Of a DNA stretch of 64,000 bases, positions 21,451 to 29,653 are shown piece by piece. Source of the DNA: an uncultured Planctomycetota bacterium (lineage in GTDB: Bacteria > Planctomycetota > Planctomycetia > Isosphaerales > Isosphaeraceae); the NCBI GenBank assembly GCA_963845755.1, contig CAWJTV010000036.1:256001-320000 (forward strand), written 5' to 3'. A model generated the notes under the pieces. That model saw only the letters and a list, made by a program, of their open reading frames with translations, ran no database searches and was not told the origin of the DNA. The position numbers and the translations under genes were made by a program. Within the stretch, counting starts at the first letter, position 1. Each line of letters opens with the position of its first letter.

Positions 21451-21512
21451 GGGTGCTCTGCGAACACCGATCCGTGTCGCCATCCCGTCCCGGTGCTCAC
21501 AACGCACCCTAC
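21451..21512. repeat. REP-like palindrome, GGGTGCTCTGTG family (copy 1 of 3)
   Basis: gggtgctctgcgaacaccg ... cggtgctcacaacgcaccctac; matches the 54533 and 60088 copies. Confidence 0.75.
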
Positions 21513-21879
21513 GGAACCGGCCAGGTGCGGGCGCGTGTGTGCCGCATCGAGGTGCAGGAAACGTCGAAGACGACACCTTCCGCCTGCACGGCGAAAAGGA
21601 AGGCTGCCAACCCGGCTTCGTGGTCTCCAACCCGTTCGTCGAAGGTGCGGGAACGGGTCCAGTTCGATGCCACGGTGGCATCAGCTTTCTGCCACGCCTA
21701 TCGCTCGACCTCTCCGGTCGCCAGAGACTGATCCCGGTCGATGATCGGGAGTCCGGCGAACGGAACTCGCCCGGACACCTCGCGGCTCGACACCTCCCCA
21801 AGACGATGACCGACCGACGAGCTCGTCGTGCGCGCTCCCAGCTCTCCCCATGAGGCGGCCAGCGAGATGCCGAGGGGAG

Positions 21880-21938
21880 GCCGAAATCGATTTCGGCGAT
21901 TCGCAAGCGGGAACCGCCGTCACGAAGCCGATTTCGGG
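21880..21938. promoter_or_regulatory. Candidate upstream activating sequences for a sigma-54 activator
   Basis: Perfect 18-bp palindrome GCCGAAATCGATTTCGGC (21880-21897) plus degenerate copy CGAAGCCGATTTCG (~21923-21936), 145-200 bp upstream of the -24 box. Confidence 0.5.
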
Positions 21939-22080
21939 TTCGGTCGCCGAGAGCGCCAGGAACGCCCTCGAGTCCTGGAGGGAAATCGGGAGAGCACGTC
22001 CCCATCCGAGCCGCGTTTCCAGGGCTCGAATGAAGGCTCGCCCCGCGGAAATCCTCTTGTTTCAGGGACCCGTATTGCAT

Positions 22081-22096
22081 TGGCACGAGGATTGCA
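22081..22096 (+). promoter_or_regulatory. Sigma-54 (-24/-12) promoter
   Basis: TGGCAC-GAGGA-TTGCA, exact consensus and spacing, 60 bp before ATG 22156 with GGAG SD. Confidence 0.85.
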
Positions 22097-22155
22097 ATTC
22101 CTACACATCAGTTCGCTGTTACCTAGGTCTCAACATGTTTTTGGAGTGTTCAATC

Positions 22156-23482
22156 ATGCACGACATCGACAGGACCCAACTCCAGTCCGGGGTACGGCTC
22201 GGCGAGCAAGAGGCCGGTTACCAGGAGTTTGAATCCGAGCTCTACGAGTCCGAGGGGGAAGGTGAAGCGGAATCCGAGATGTTCTACGAGGGCGAGGCCT
22301 ACGAGTCCGAGGGCGAGCAGTTCTACGAGGCCGAGGGCGAGCAGTTCTACGAGGCCGAGGGCGAGCAGTTCTACGAGGCCGAGGGCGAGGCCTACGAGGC
22401 CGAGGGCGAGGCCTACGAGGCCGAGGCCGAGCAGTTCTACGAGTCCGAGGCCTGGGAAATGGAGATGGCCGCCGAACTGCTGGCGGTCCGAGACGAGGCG
22501 GAACTCGAGCAGTTTCTCGGCGGCCTGGTGAGCGGGCTCTCGGGCCTTGCTAAGAAGGCCGCTCCGTTCCTCGGTTCTGCTCTGAAGACGGTTGCCAAGA
22601 AGGCTCTGCCTGTTGTCGGCGGGGCTTTGGGAGGGCTCGCCGGAGGCCCGATCGGTGCCCAACTCGGCAGCCAGCTCGCGAGCACTGCGGGCAATATGTT
22701 CGGGCTCGAGCTCGAAGGTCTCAGCTACGAAGACCAGGAGTTCGAAGCCGCGAAGGGGTTCGTTCGTTTCGCGAACGATGCGGCGAATATCCTGCAAGAG
22801 ACCGCCCATCACCACTCCACCCCGAAGAAAGCGGCGCATGCCGCTATGAGCGCGTCTGCCAAGAAGAATGCGCCGGACTTCACGGCTCGCCCTCGTCGCA
22901 CAAGGGCGGAGGAGCACCACGCCATAACGGAGCTCACGCGTCGCATCACGCGGGTCCGAAGCCGCCGCACCATGCGGGTCCGAAGCCGTCGCACCACCCG
23001 GGTGCACACCACCCCGGTTCGCCTCACCCGCACCACCCCGGTTCGCCTCACCCGCACCACCCGGGTGCGCGCACCACCCCGGTTCGCCTCACCCGCACCA
23101 CCCGGGTGCGCACCACCCCGGTTCGCCTCACCCGCACCACCCGGGTGCGCACCACCCCGGTTCGCCTCACCCGCACCACCCGGGTCACCGGCCGCGGCAT
23201 CCCCACGTTGGGGCGCCGGGCACAGGCGTTGCGACGGGGCCAGGTCCCGGATGGCGCGGGCCACACTTCGGGCCGTTCCCTGGCCTACCGGGGATCGACG
23301 TTCAGGGTCCAGGTGGATTGACCATAGACGGGATCTTCGGCTATCCGCCTGGCACCTCGGGTCCGGGTCCAGGCGCGGAGGGCACCGGCCAGGGTGGCCC
23401 GGCCGTGGGACGGGGTTGCGTGGGGAACGCGACGGGTCGGTGGTATCGCCGTGGTGACAAGATTGTCCTGGTCGGGGTCTAG
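22156..23482 (+). CDS. Uncharacterised acidic-repeat / His-Pro-repeat protein, two frameshifts (~22873, ~23070)
   Basis: (EGEQFYEA)n N-terminus; core EMAAELL..ELEQFLG..GLELEGLSYEDQEFEAA; stitched tail (HHPGSPHP/HHPGA)n, Gly-Pro region, GRWYRRGDKIVLVGV-TAG ending 3 nt before the next ATG. Confidence 0.75.
22282..22450 (+). repeat. Coding tandem repeat, 21-24 bp units (TTCTACGAGGCCGAGGGCGAGCAG)
   Basis: Direct inspection; encodes E/Y/F-rich repeat. Confidence 0.9.
22945..23185 (+). repeat. Coding tandem repeat encoding HHPGAHHPGSPHP units
   Basis: caccaccccggttcgcctcacccg occurs 5 times, with caccacccgggtgc(a/g) spacers. Confidence 0.9.
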
Positions 23483-23485
23483 CCA

Positions 23486-24820
23486 ATGGTCGATCACCCT
23501 ATCGCCAACCGGCTGCTGGCCGACGAGGCCCGCGCCCTCCTGACTCGCCTGGGACGCGTCAAGTCGTTCGCGCTGAACGAGACGATGGTCCCGGCGGCTG
23601 CGCTGTCGCTGCTGGCGCAAACGGCCATCGAGCATCAGCTCGCGGGAGGTCGGCGTGCCCTGCGGCGACGGGTGAACGACTACCTGTGCTGGCTCTGCGG
23701 GCCGGGCGGCCGTGCAGCCTCCCCCGCCGAGGCGCACCGACGGTTCAGCCTGCTCCGCATGCTGTTCAATGCCGGGCTCGCTCAATTCGACCTGTTCTCA
23801 CAGGTCGTCACACAACGCAGCGAGAATGAGATCGGGGTGTGGCTTTCCGGGCTCGACTACGTCGCCGAGGATGCGCTGGAGCTGCCCGGTTACTACGAGG
23901 CCCCACCCCTGGCTTGCTACCTCGATCGCGGCCCCGGGGCCGCCATCCGGCGGGCACGTACCCGGCTGCCCGGAGGAGGTGAGAACCCGGTCGCGATCAT
24001 CCGCGTCCCGCGCGAGCGGATGATCGGCAGTGCCATCGCCTCGTCGCTGGTCCACGAGGTCGGCCACCAGGCCGCGGCCCTGCTCGACCTGGTCCCGTCG
24101 CTCCGCTCCGCGCTTCGCCGCGTGGGCCGCCGCGCCGACAACAAGGACGTCTGGAACGTCTTCGATCGTTGGATCTCCGAGATCGTGGCGGATTTCTGGG
24201 CGATGGCCCGGCTTGGGATCGGCGCGACCCACGGGCTGATGGCTGTGGTCAGCCTCCCGCGCGCCTTCATGTTCCGCGTCAAGGCCAACGACCCGCACCC
24301 GTCCCCTTGGATCCGTGTCAAGCTGAGCTGTGCCCTGGGCCGGGCCCTCTTCCCCGACCCCCAGTGGGACCGACTGGCTGAACTTTGGGATTCGTACTAT
24401 CCGCTCGAAGGTCTGACGGGGACGGTCCGGGATCTCCATCGGCGGCTCGAAGGGGCATTACCCGAGTTTGTCGACCTGTTGATCCGGCACCGTCCGGCGT
24501 CGTTACACGGCCAGGCGCTGGGGGAGGTTATGCAGTCGGAGAAACTTCAGCCGCATCGGCTCATGGCTCTGTACCGGACCTGGAAGGCCGCACCCGCGAT
24601 GCTCCGCCGGGCCCCGCCGACACTGGTGTTCGCCGTCATCGGCCAGGCCCGGGCCGATGGTGAGATCAGCCCGGAACTGGAGTCCCGGGTCCTCTCCAGC
24701 CTGCTCACGTACTGGGCCCTGCGCAGCAACCTCGATACTTCCGAAATTTGTGCGACGCGGGGACCTCGCATTGCGCTCGTCCCCGCTCGTGAAACACTTG
24801 CAATCCAACACAGAAGGTGA
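23486..24820 (+). CDS. Putative gluzincin-type zinc metallopeptidase (HEXXH)
   Basis: LVHEVGHQ, downstream EIVADFWA, and DPHPSPWIR (M48-like HP..R); no signal peptide. Confidence 0.65.
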   Translation: MVDHPIANRLLADEARALLTRLGRVKSFALNETMVPAAALSLLAQTAIEHQLAGGRRALRRRVNDYLCWLCGPGGRAASPAEAHRRFSLLRMLFNAGLAQFDLFSQVVTQRSENEIGVWLSGLDYVAEDALELPGYYEAPPLACYLDRGPGAAIRRARTRLPGGGENPVAIIRVPRERMIGSAIASSLVHEVGHQAAALLDLVPSLRSALRRVGRRADNKDVWNVFDRWISEIVADFWAMARLGIGATHGLMAVVSLPRAFMFRVKANDPHPSPWIRVKLSCALGRALFPDPQWDRLAELWDSYYPLEGLTGTVRDLHRRLEGALPEFVDLLIRHRPASLHGQALGEVMQSEKLQPHRLMALYRTWKAAPAMLRRAPPTLVFAVIGQARADGEISPELESRVLSSLLTYWALRSNLDTSEICATRGPRIALVPARETLAIQHRR

Positions 24821-24824
24821 ACCC

Positions 24825-26585
24825 ATGGCACGACGTAGAAGAGATCGCCAGAACTTCGACCCCCTGAACCCGCAGCCGCCTTTCTCGTCGCCGGTGAGCC
24901 CGGAGTCGATCATCCCGCCGATCACGAACCCCGAGCCGATCATCCCGCCGGCAGAGGAGCTCGGGACGGGGCCGGAGGGTGACTTGACGGAGGACCTCGC
25001 GAGGTTTGTGCCCGTACGCCCCGAGGTCAACGTCCGGCTCGCCCAACCGGCGGGAATCAACCCGACGTTGGACCAGGGCCTCTGGATCGCGATCCGCAAC
25101 ACCGCCCAGAGGACCTCCTTCGAGCATTACCGCCTGTTCATCGACCGGGTCCTGTGCCAGCCGGACAGTCCCCGCATCGGTTCCGACGACGGCCCGGATG
25201 ATGAAATCGCGGGTCTGGTCCGCACGGCGCAGTGGCCCCATAGCAAAGGGGGCCTCGGCTTGCACGCCTACGGCGTCAACGCGTACAACATCCTCAGGCT
25301 TGCGACCGAGACGTTCCTGCTGATGCGGTGCGGCGTCGCGATCCGGGGCCACTACCGCCCGGATTGGGATGAAGCCCGGCTCTATCAGCGTTTCAGCGCC
25401 GAGGACGCCTGTGGCATGCTCCAGAGCTATCTGAGGGAGCCGGGGGCGATCCTGCCCTACCTCGAACAGGTCTTCAACGCCCTGGATGCCACAGACCGGC
25501 AGACGTTGACACCGGGAAGGGACGACGTCAACTCGCCCTTCTGCATCATGCCTCTCATCCAGAGGATCACAGCACCCTGCCTCGTCGAGCTGATCTGGTC
25601 GTACTGGCACGAGCAAGGCATGCTGGTGCAAACGATGAATGCGATCAGCATGCGATTCCAGAACAAGCGGTCCAGCCCCGGTGCCAAGGACCCGCTGGCA
25701 ACCATGGAGATCGACCCGCTCCGGCCGGTCAATAACCTGCTCTGGGGATTCGTCCAGGACGAGTTCAACCGGCTGAGCGTCCCGCGTCGATCCAGCGAGT
25801 ACGACCATCAGTACGGGCTCAAGCTCGTGGGTCGCGCCGTGCCCGGCGCACCCGCCGCGGACAGCCGCTCGAAATTCCTCGAAGCGTTCCACGACCTGAT
25901 GATGCGCACCAAGCTCTTCTACGATGAGGACGCGGATCGCACCATTGAGTCGAATGCGTTTCCGCTGCTCAACGGCCTCCGCGAGGTCCACCTCCTGCTG
26001 GCCGAGGGCGCGCACAACCAGTTCGGCGACCTGCCCTGGACCGCCCGCGTCGAGATGCTGATCCAGCAGTATTTGCTGGCACGGCCCGAGATGCGGGAAT
26101 TCCTCGGAGGACGCGTGATGGTGCCTTACCCCGAGCCCTGGATGGGCCGCGTGGACACCATGAAGGCCCTCCAGGGGTGGACCGACGTCCCCGTCCTGCA
26201 CTTCCGCAACCTCGGGGTCTACGCGGAACAGATCCTGCTCTCGATCCGCTACGGTGACTGGGTCGACGTCATCGACCACGACCGGGCGCGGAACTGGGCA
26301 CGGTTCTGGAGACCGGAGATCGAGGGATATGTCCACACCTACCGCGTCGTCACGGGCGTGGATTTGACGACGGCCACGACGGTCGACTCGACTCAGCCCG
26401 CGATCCTGGTGGGCCGCCGCCTCCAAGGCTACGGCCGTACGTCGCGAGCGGTGCGGGTCGTGGACGCCACACCCCGGCCCCAGTCGCTGCCCGGGGCGCC
26501 GGCGCCGACCCAGCGCACGATCGCGTCGCTGACGAAGCCTTCGCAGAACGGCATCCCCGATAGCCGCGTGAAGTCGAAGTCCTGA
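24825..26585 (+). CDS. Uncharacterised ~586-aa cytoplasmic protein
   Basis: Long clean ORF, strong GC3 bias, starts 4 nt after the previous stop; Trp/Tyr-rich globular C-terminal half; no recognised motif. Confidence 0.85.
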   Translation: MARRRRDRQNFDPLNPQPPFSSPVSPESIIPPITNPEPIIPPAEELGTGPEGDLTEDLARFVPVRPEVNVRLAQPAGINPTLDQGLWIAIRNTAQRTSFEHYRLFIDRVLCQPDSPRIGSDDGPDDEIAGLVRTAQWPHSKGGLGLHAYGVNAYNILRLATETFLLMRCGVAIRGHYRPDWDEARLYQRFSAEDACGMLQSYLREPGAILPYLEQVFNALDATDRQTLTPGRDDVNSPFCIMPLIQRITAPCLVELIWSYWHEQGMLVQTMNAISMRFQNKRSSPGAKDPLATMEIDPLRPVNNLLWGFVQDEFNRLSVPRRSSEYDHQYGLKLVGRAVPGAPAADSRSKFLEAFHDLMMRTKLFYDEDADRTIESNAFPLLNGLREVHLLLAEGAHNQFGDLPWTARVEMLIQQYLLARPEMREFLGGRVMVPYPEPWMGRVDTMKALQGWTDVPVLHFRNLGVYAEQILLSIRYGDWVDVIDHDRARNWARFWRPEIEGYVHTYRVVTGVDLTTATTVDSTQPAILVGRRLQGYGRTSRAVRVVDATPRPQSLPGAPAPTQRTIASLTKPSQNGIPDSRVKSKS

Positions 26586-26718
26586 GCCGGTCGGCGCGGT
26601 CGCCGGCCCGGGCCTGGCGTTCGGTCGCGACGACCGAACGCCAGGATGGGCCGAGCATACCGCGTCGTGGAGCGCGCCGGTCCGGGCCGATTGGATCTGT
26701 AACCTGGTGGTCACACGG

Positions 26719-27852
26719 ATGCTCGATTTCAGCTCGTCGCTCTACCTGGGCTTGCGGCACGCAAGCCGATCGCTGGCCGCGTGGGATCGATTGACGGAGG
26801 GAAAGCCGTCGGCCCTCGATGAGCCCCCAGGCGCCGCGGCCGTGGCCGCAGCAATGTCCGTCCTCACCGGCTGCGAGCGGGCGGTCCTCCTCCCCTCGAC
26901 GTTGCATCTATTCTGGGATCTGTTCGGCATGCGGGCTGGCGACGCCATCGCCATTTACGTCGACGCCGGCACCTACCCGATCGCCCGTTGGGGCGTCGAG
27001 CGGGCGGCGGCGCGGGGGACAACCGTGCGATACTTCGCCCATCACGACGCGCACGCTTTGGGGCGTCTCCTCTTGCACGAGACACGGAGGGGCGTCCGGC
27101 CTCTCGTCGTCGCCGACGGATTCTGCCCACGGTGCGGGCGCGCGGCGCCGGTGCCGGAATACCTCGAGGCGACCCGCACGTTCGGCGGCTCGCTGCTGAT
27201 CGATGATACACAGGCCCTCGGCATCTTCGGCCACTCGCCCGGCCCGGATTCGCCCTACGGCCACGGTGGCGGTGGGACGTCGCGGCGGTGGGACGTCGCG
27301 GGCCCCGATGTCTTGATCGGTGCCTCGATGGCCAAGGCCTTCGGCACGCCGGTCGCCGTCCTGTGCGGGGCCGCGGCCGAAGTCCGCCGCTTCATGACGC
27401 TCGGCGAAACCCGCGTGCATTGCAGCCCGCCCTCCGTGGCGAACATCCGCGCGGCGGCCCACGCCCTGGAGCTCAATCGTACCTGCGGCGACGCCTTACG
27501 GCTCCGCCTGGCCGGCCTCGTCGGCCGGTTCCGCGCCCGCCTTGCCGAGCGCGGACTCTCCGCGTCGGGTGGCCTCTTCCCCGTGCAGCGCGTCGCGGTC
27601 CCGCCGGGGCACGACGCATCCCTGCTGCACCGGCACTTGCTCCGGCTCGGCGTCCGGGCTGTCCTCGTGCGCGACGCCCCCCGCCGCAGCCCGGGACTTT
27701 GCTTCCTGATCAATGCGCGTCAACATCCTTGTGTGATCGACCGAGCGGCCGGTGCCCTCGCGTCTGCGTTGAGAAGATCCCCACTTGTTTCGAGGCCCAG
27801 TGACCATCCCGCCCCGCGTCCTTCGCCCGTGGGCGGCGGTTTCCAGTCGTAA
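26719..27852 (+). CDS. Divergent PLP-dependent alpha-oxoamine synthase-like enzyme (BioF/KBL fold)
   Basis: DFSSSLYLGL, FAHHD, DDTQALG, SMAKAFG (PLP Lys). Confidence 0.8.
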   Translation: MLDFSSSLYLGLRHASRSLAAWDRLTEGKPSALDEPPGAAAVAAAMSVLTGCERAVLLPSTLHLFWDLFGMRAGDAIAIYVDAGTYPIARWGVERAAARGTTVRYFAHHDAHALGRLLLHETRRGVRPLVVADGFCPRCGRAAPVPEYLEATRTFGGSLLIDDTQALGIFGHSPGPDSPYGHGGGGTSRRWDVAGPDVLIGASMAKAFGTPVAVLCGAAAEVRRFMTLGETRVHCSPPSVANIRAAAHALELNRTCGDALRLRLAGLVGRFRARLAERGLSASGGLFPVQRVAVPPGHDASLLHRHLLRLGVRAVLVRDAPRRSPGLCFLINARQHPCVIDRAAGALASALRRSPLVSRPSDHPAPRPSPVGGGFQS

Positions 27853-27882
27853 GACATGGCGAAGACCAAGAGGAGAATCATC

Positions 27883-29406
27883 ATGGGATGCGGCTGCAAA
27901 CACGGGCACGGTCCGAATGCTTTCGACCTGAGCCATCTCGAGGTTGGAGAGGGTGAGGTCGCCTTGCCCATCTCCGCCATGTTCGAGCTGGGAGAACTGG
28001 AACAAGAGCGGCGCGGGTTCGGGAGGGCCCCACGCCGGGCCTCCGTGGCGCGGCCGCGGATGAGGCGACGGGCACCATCGGCGCCGATGGCCCGCCCGAA
28101 GGGTCAAGCGTCGCTGTTGCGGCGCAAAACCCTGGGACATGCGGCCCAGGGGGCGGGAAAGCACCTGGCGACTAAGAGGCGCACACAACAACAAGCCAGG
28201 CCCGGCGGCTTTCCCGGCGCTCAGAGGAGGTTCCGTAGAGGCCGATCGCCCTTGGGCCCTGCCGCCCCCATCGGTGGACTGGCCATGGCCCCGAACCCGG
28301 TGATCTTGAACCGCCGTTATTCCGACCAGTTGGGATGGCGGGCCTATTACAACCAGATCCTCACACTGCTCGGACCCCTCGCCACGGGCGGCGAATCGGC
28401 ATTCGTCCAGGCCGTTGCGCAGTGGCAAGCGACCAAGGGCCTGCCCGCGAATGGGGTGCTCGATCCGACGAGCTGGGCTCAGATGCAGGGCGATCTGGCG
28501 GCCGGTCCGGCTGCCCCGCCACTCGCTCCGCTTCCCGCCGCGCTGGAGCCGCCCGACGCGGCGCTACCGCTTGGAGCCGAGCCGCCCCCATTGGCAGAGC
28601 CTGCTCCACTCGGCGGCGAGATGGAATGGGAGTCCGAATCGGGCTCTCGATACACCCGGCCGGCATCGCGGCGCTGGGCTCACTGCCCTCCTACGGCGGA
28701 AATGCCTCCAACCGAGCGCACCGTGCTGGCAGTGACGAGTCGACTCCAGACCGGTAAGCCTTTTGCCTGCACAGTCTCCGCTCACGACGGCATCTCGATG
28801 GGCCTGATCCGGTGGAATCTCCGGAATGGCACGCTCCAGCGACTGCTGGCGCGCTTCGAAAACCGGAGCGGTCGGCTCATCCGGTTCTTCCGTGCCGACT
28901 ACGACCGACTCATGGGACTGATCGCCCTGCGTCACTCGGCACCCCAGCGAGGTCGGGCCGTCGCGGTGGCATTCGCGGATCGGCTGGCCGATCGCTGGCG
29001 CGGTCCCCTGCTCTCCCTCTTCTCCGACACGACCTTCTACTCAATGCTGATGCAGGACGTTCGCGGCCGCCTCGCCGCGGCCAAGGGTGCTGCACGGCGA
29101 CTGGGCGTGTGGACCGTACGTGGCCTGGCCCTGTTGTTCGACATCGCCGCCTGCGAGGGCCTCGGCCGATCGAAGATCGCGCGACTCGCCGCCCGCCTCC
29201 GGCGTCTCGAGGCGACCAGGGGGCCACTCTCCGAGCAGGAGAAGCTCGTCGCCATCGTCGATGAATCCGTCCGTCGCCTGGCCCGTCATCGCGATGAGCG
29301 ACGCGCCCTTCGGATGGTGATCGCGACCGGCTCGGGACCGGCTCGGGGCCGGTGGTGGGACCTCGGCCGCGACTATGCCAACCTCGACGCCCCGTGGGAA
29401 TCGTGA
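27883..29406 (+). CDS. Peptidoglycan-binding domain protein with acidic motifs and a possible lysozyme-like C-terminal domain
   Basis: AGGAG SD before MGCGCKHGHG; AVAQWQATKGLPANGVLDPTSW (PG_binding_1-like); DGISMGLIRWN..GTLQRLL and RGLALLFDIA. Confidence 0.65.
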   Translation: MGCGCKHGHGPNAFDLSHLEVGEGEVALPISAMFELGELEQERRGFGRAPRRASVARPRMRRRAPSAPMARPKGQASLLRRKTLGHAAQGAGKHLATKRRTQQQARPGGFPGAQRRFRRGRSPLGPAAPIGGLAMAPNPVILNRRYSDQLGWRAYYNQILTLLGPLATGGESAFVQAVAQWQATKGLPANGVLDPTSWAQMQGDLAAGPAAPPLAPLPAALEPPDAALPLGAEPPPLAEPAPLGGEMEWESESGSRYTRPASRRWAHCPPTAEMPPTERTVLAVTSRLQTGKPFACTVSAHDGISMGLIRWNLRNGTLQRLLARFENRSGRLIRFFRADYDRLMGLIALRHSAPQRGRAVAVAFADRLADRWRGPLLSLFSDTTFYSMLMQDVRGRLAAAKGAARRLGVWTVRGLALLFDIAACEGLGRSKIARLAARLRRLEATRGPLSEQEKLVAIVDESVRRLARHRDERRALRMVIATGSGPARGRWWDLGRDYANLDAPWES

Positions 29407-29653
29407 GGTTCGCCGGCGGTGGCTCCGTCCCGATCATTGACGGTTATCGTCGCGCGGAAACGGGCGGGGACCCCCTGGGGGCATCGCCTTTCGGGCTCGA
29501 CCCCAGCTATCTCCGGTCTGGCTCCGAGAGCCGCGGGGTGGCTGGGGTCGAGCCGGCATTGCCGCGCTGCCCCCAGAATCGCCGCAGGCGTGAAGAGGTT
29601 CACCGCGGTGGTCGTCTGCGGAACCGGCGGGATCTCGATCACGAGAGACGCCC

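Noticed and set aside
21850..22155. N-terminal extension of the 535-aa ORF and its Arg/Thr/Pro-rich tail
   Set aside because: The extension overlaps the sigma-54 promoter, and the SD supports ATG 22156; the tail is an out-of-frame reading of the His-Pro repeat.
22945..23185. Direct repeats that could be taken for a CRISPR array
   Set aside because: Units are contiguous multiples of 3 with no unique spacers, they encode His-Pro repeats, and there are no cas genes.
24705..26714. Long antisense ORFs (this one and e.g. 8963-10312, 19839-21323, 47694-49547, 61188-63122)
   Set aside because: Shadow ORFs of real genes in high-GC DNA; no motifs.
26719..27852. Calling this gene bioF
   Set aside because: Key motifs diverge and no biotin genes are nearby.
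29373..29642. 89-aa ORF downstream of the bEBP
   Set aside because: No motif or clear SD, and it overlaps the end of the opposite-strand gene.
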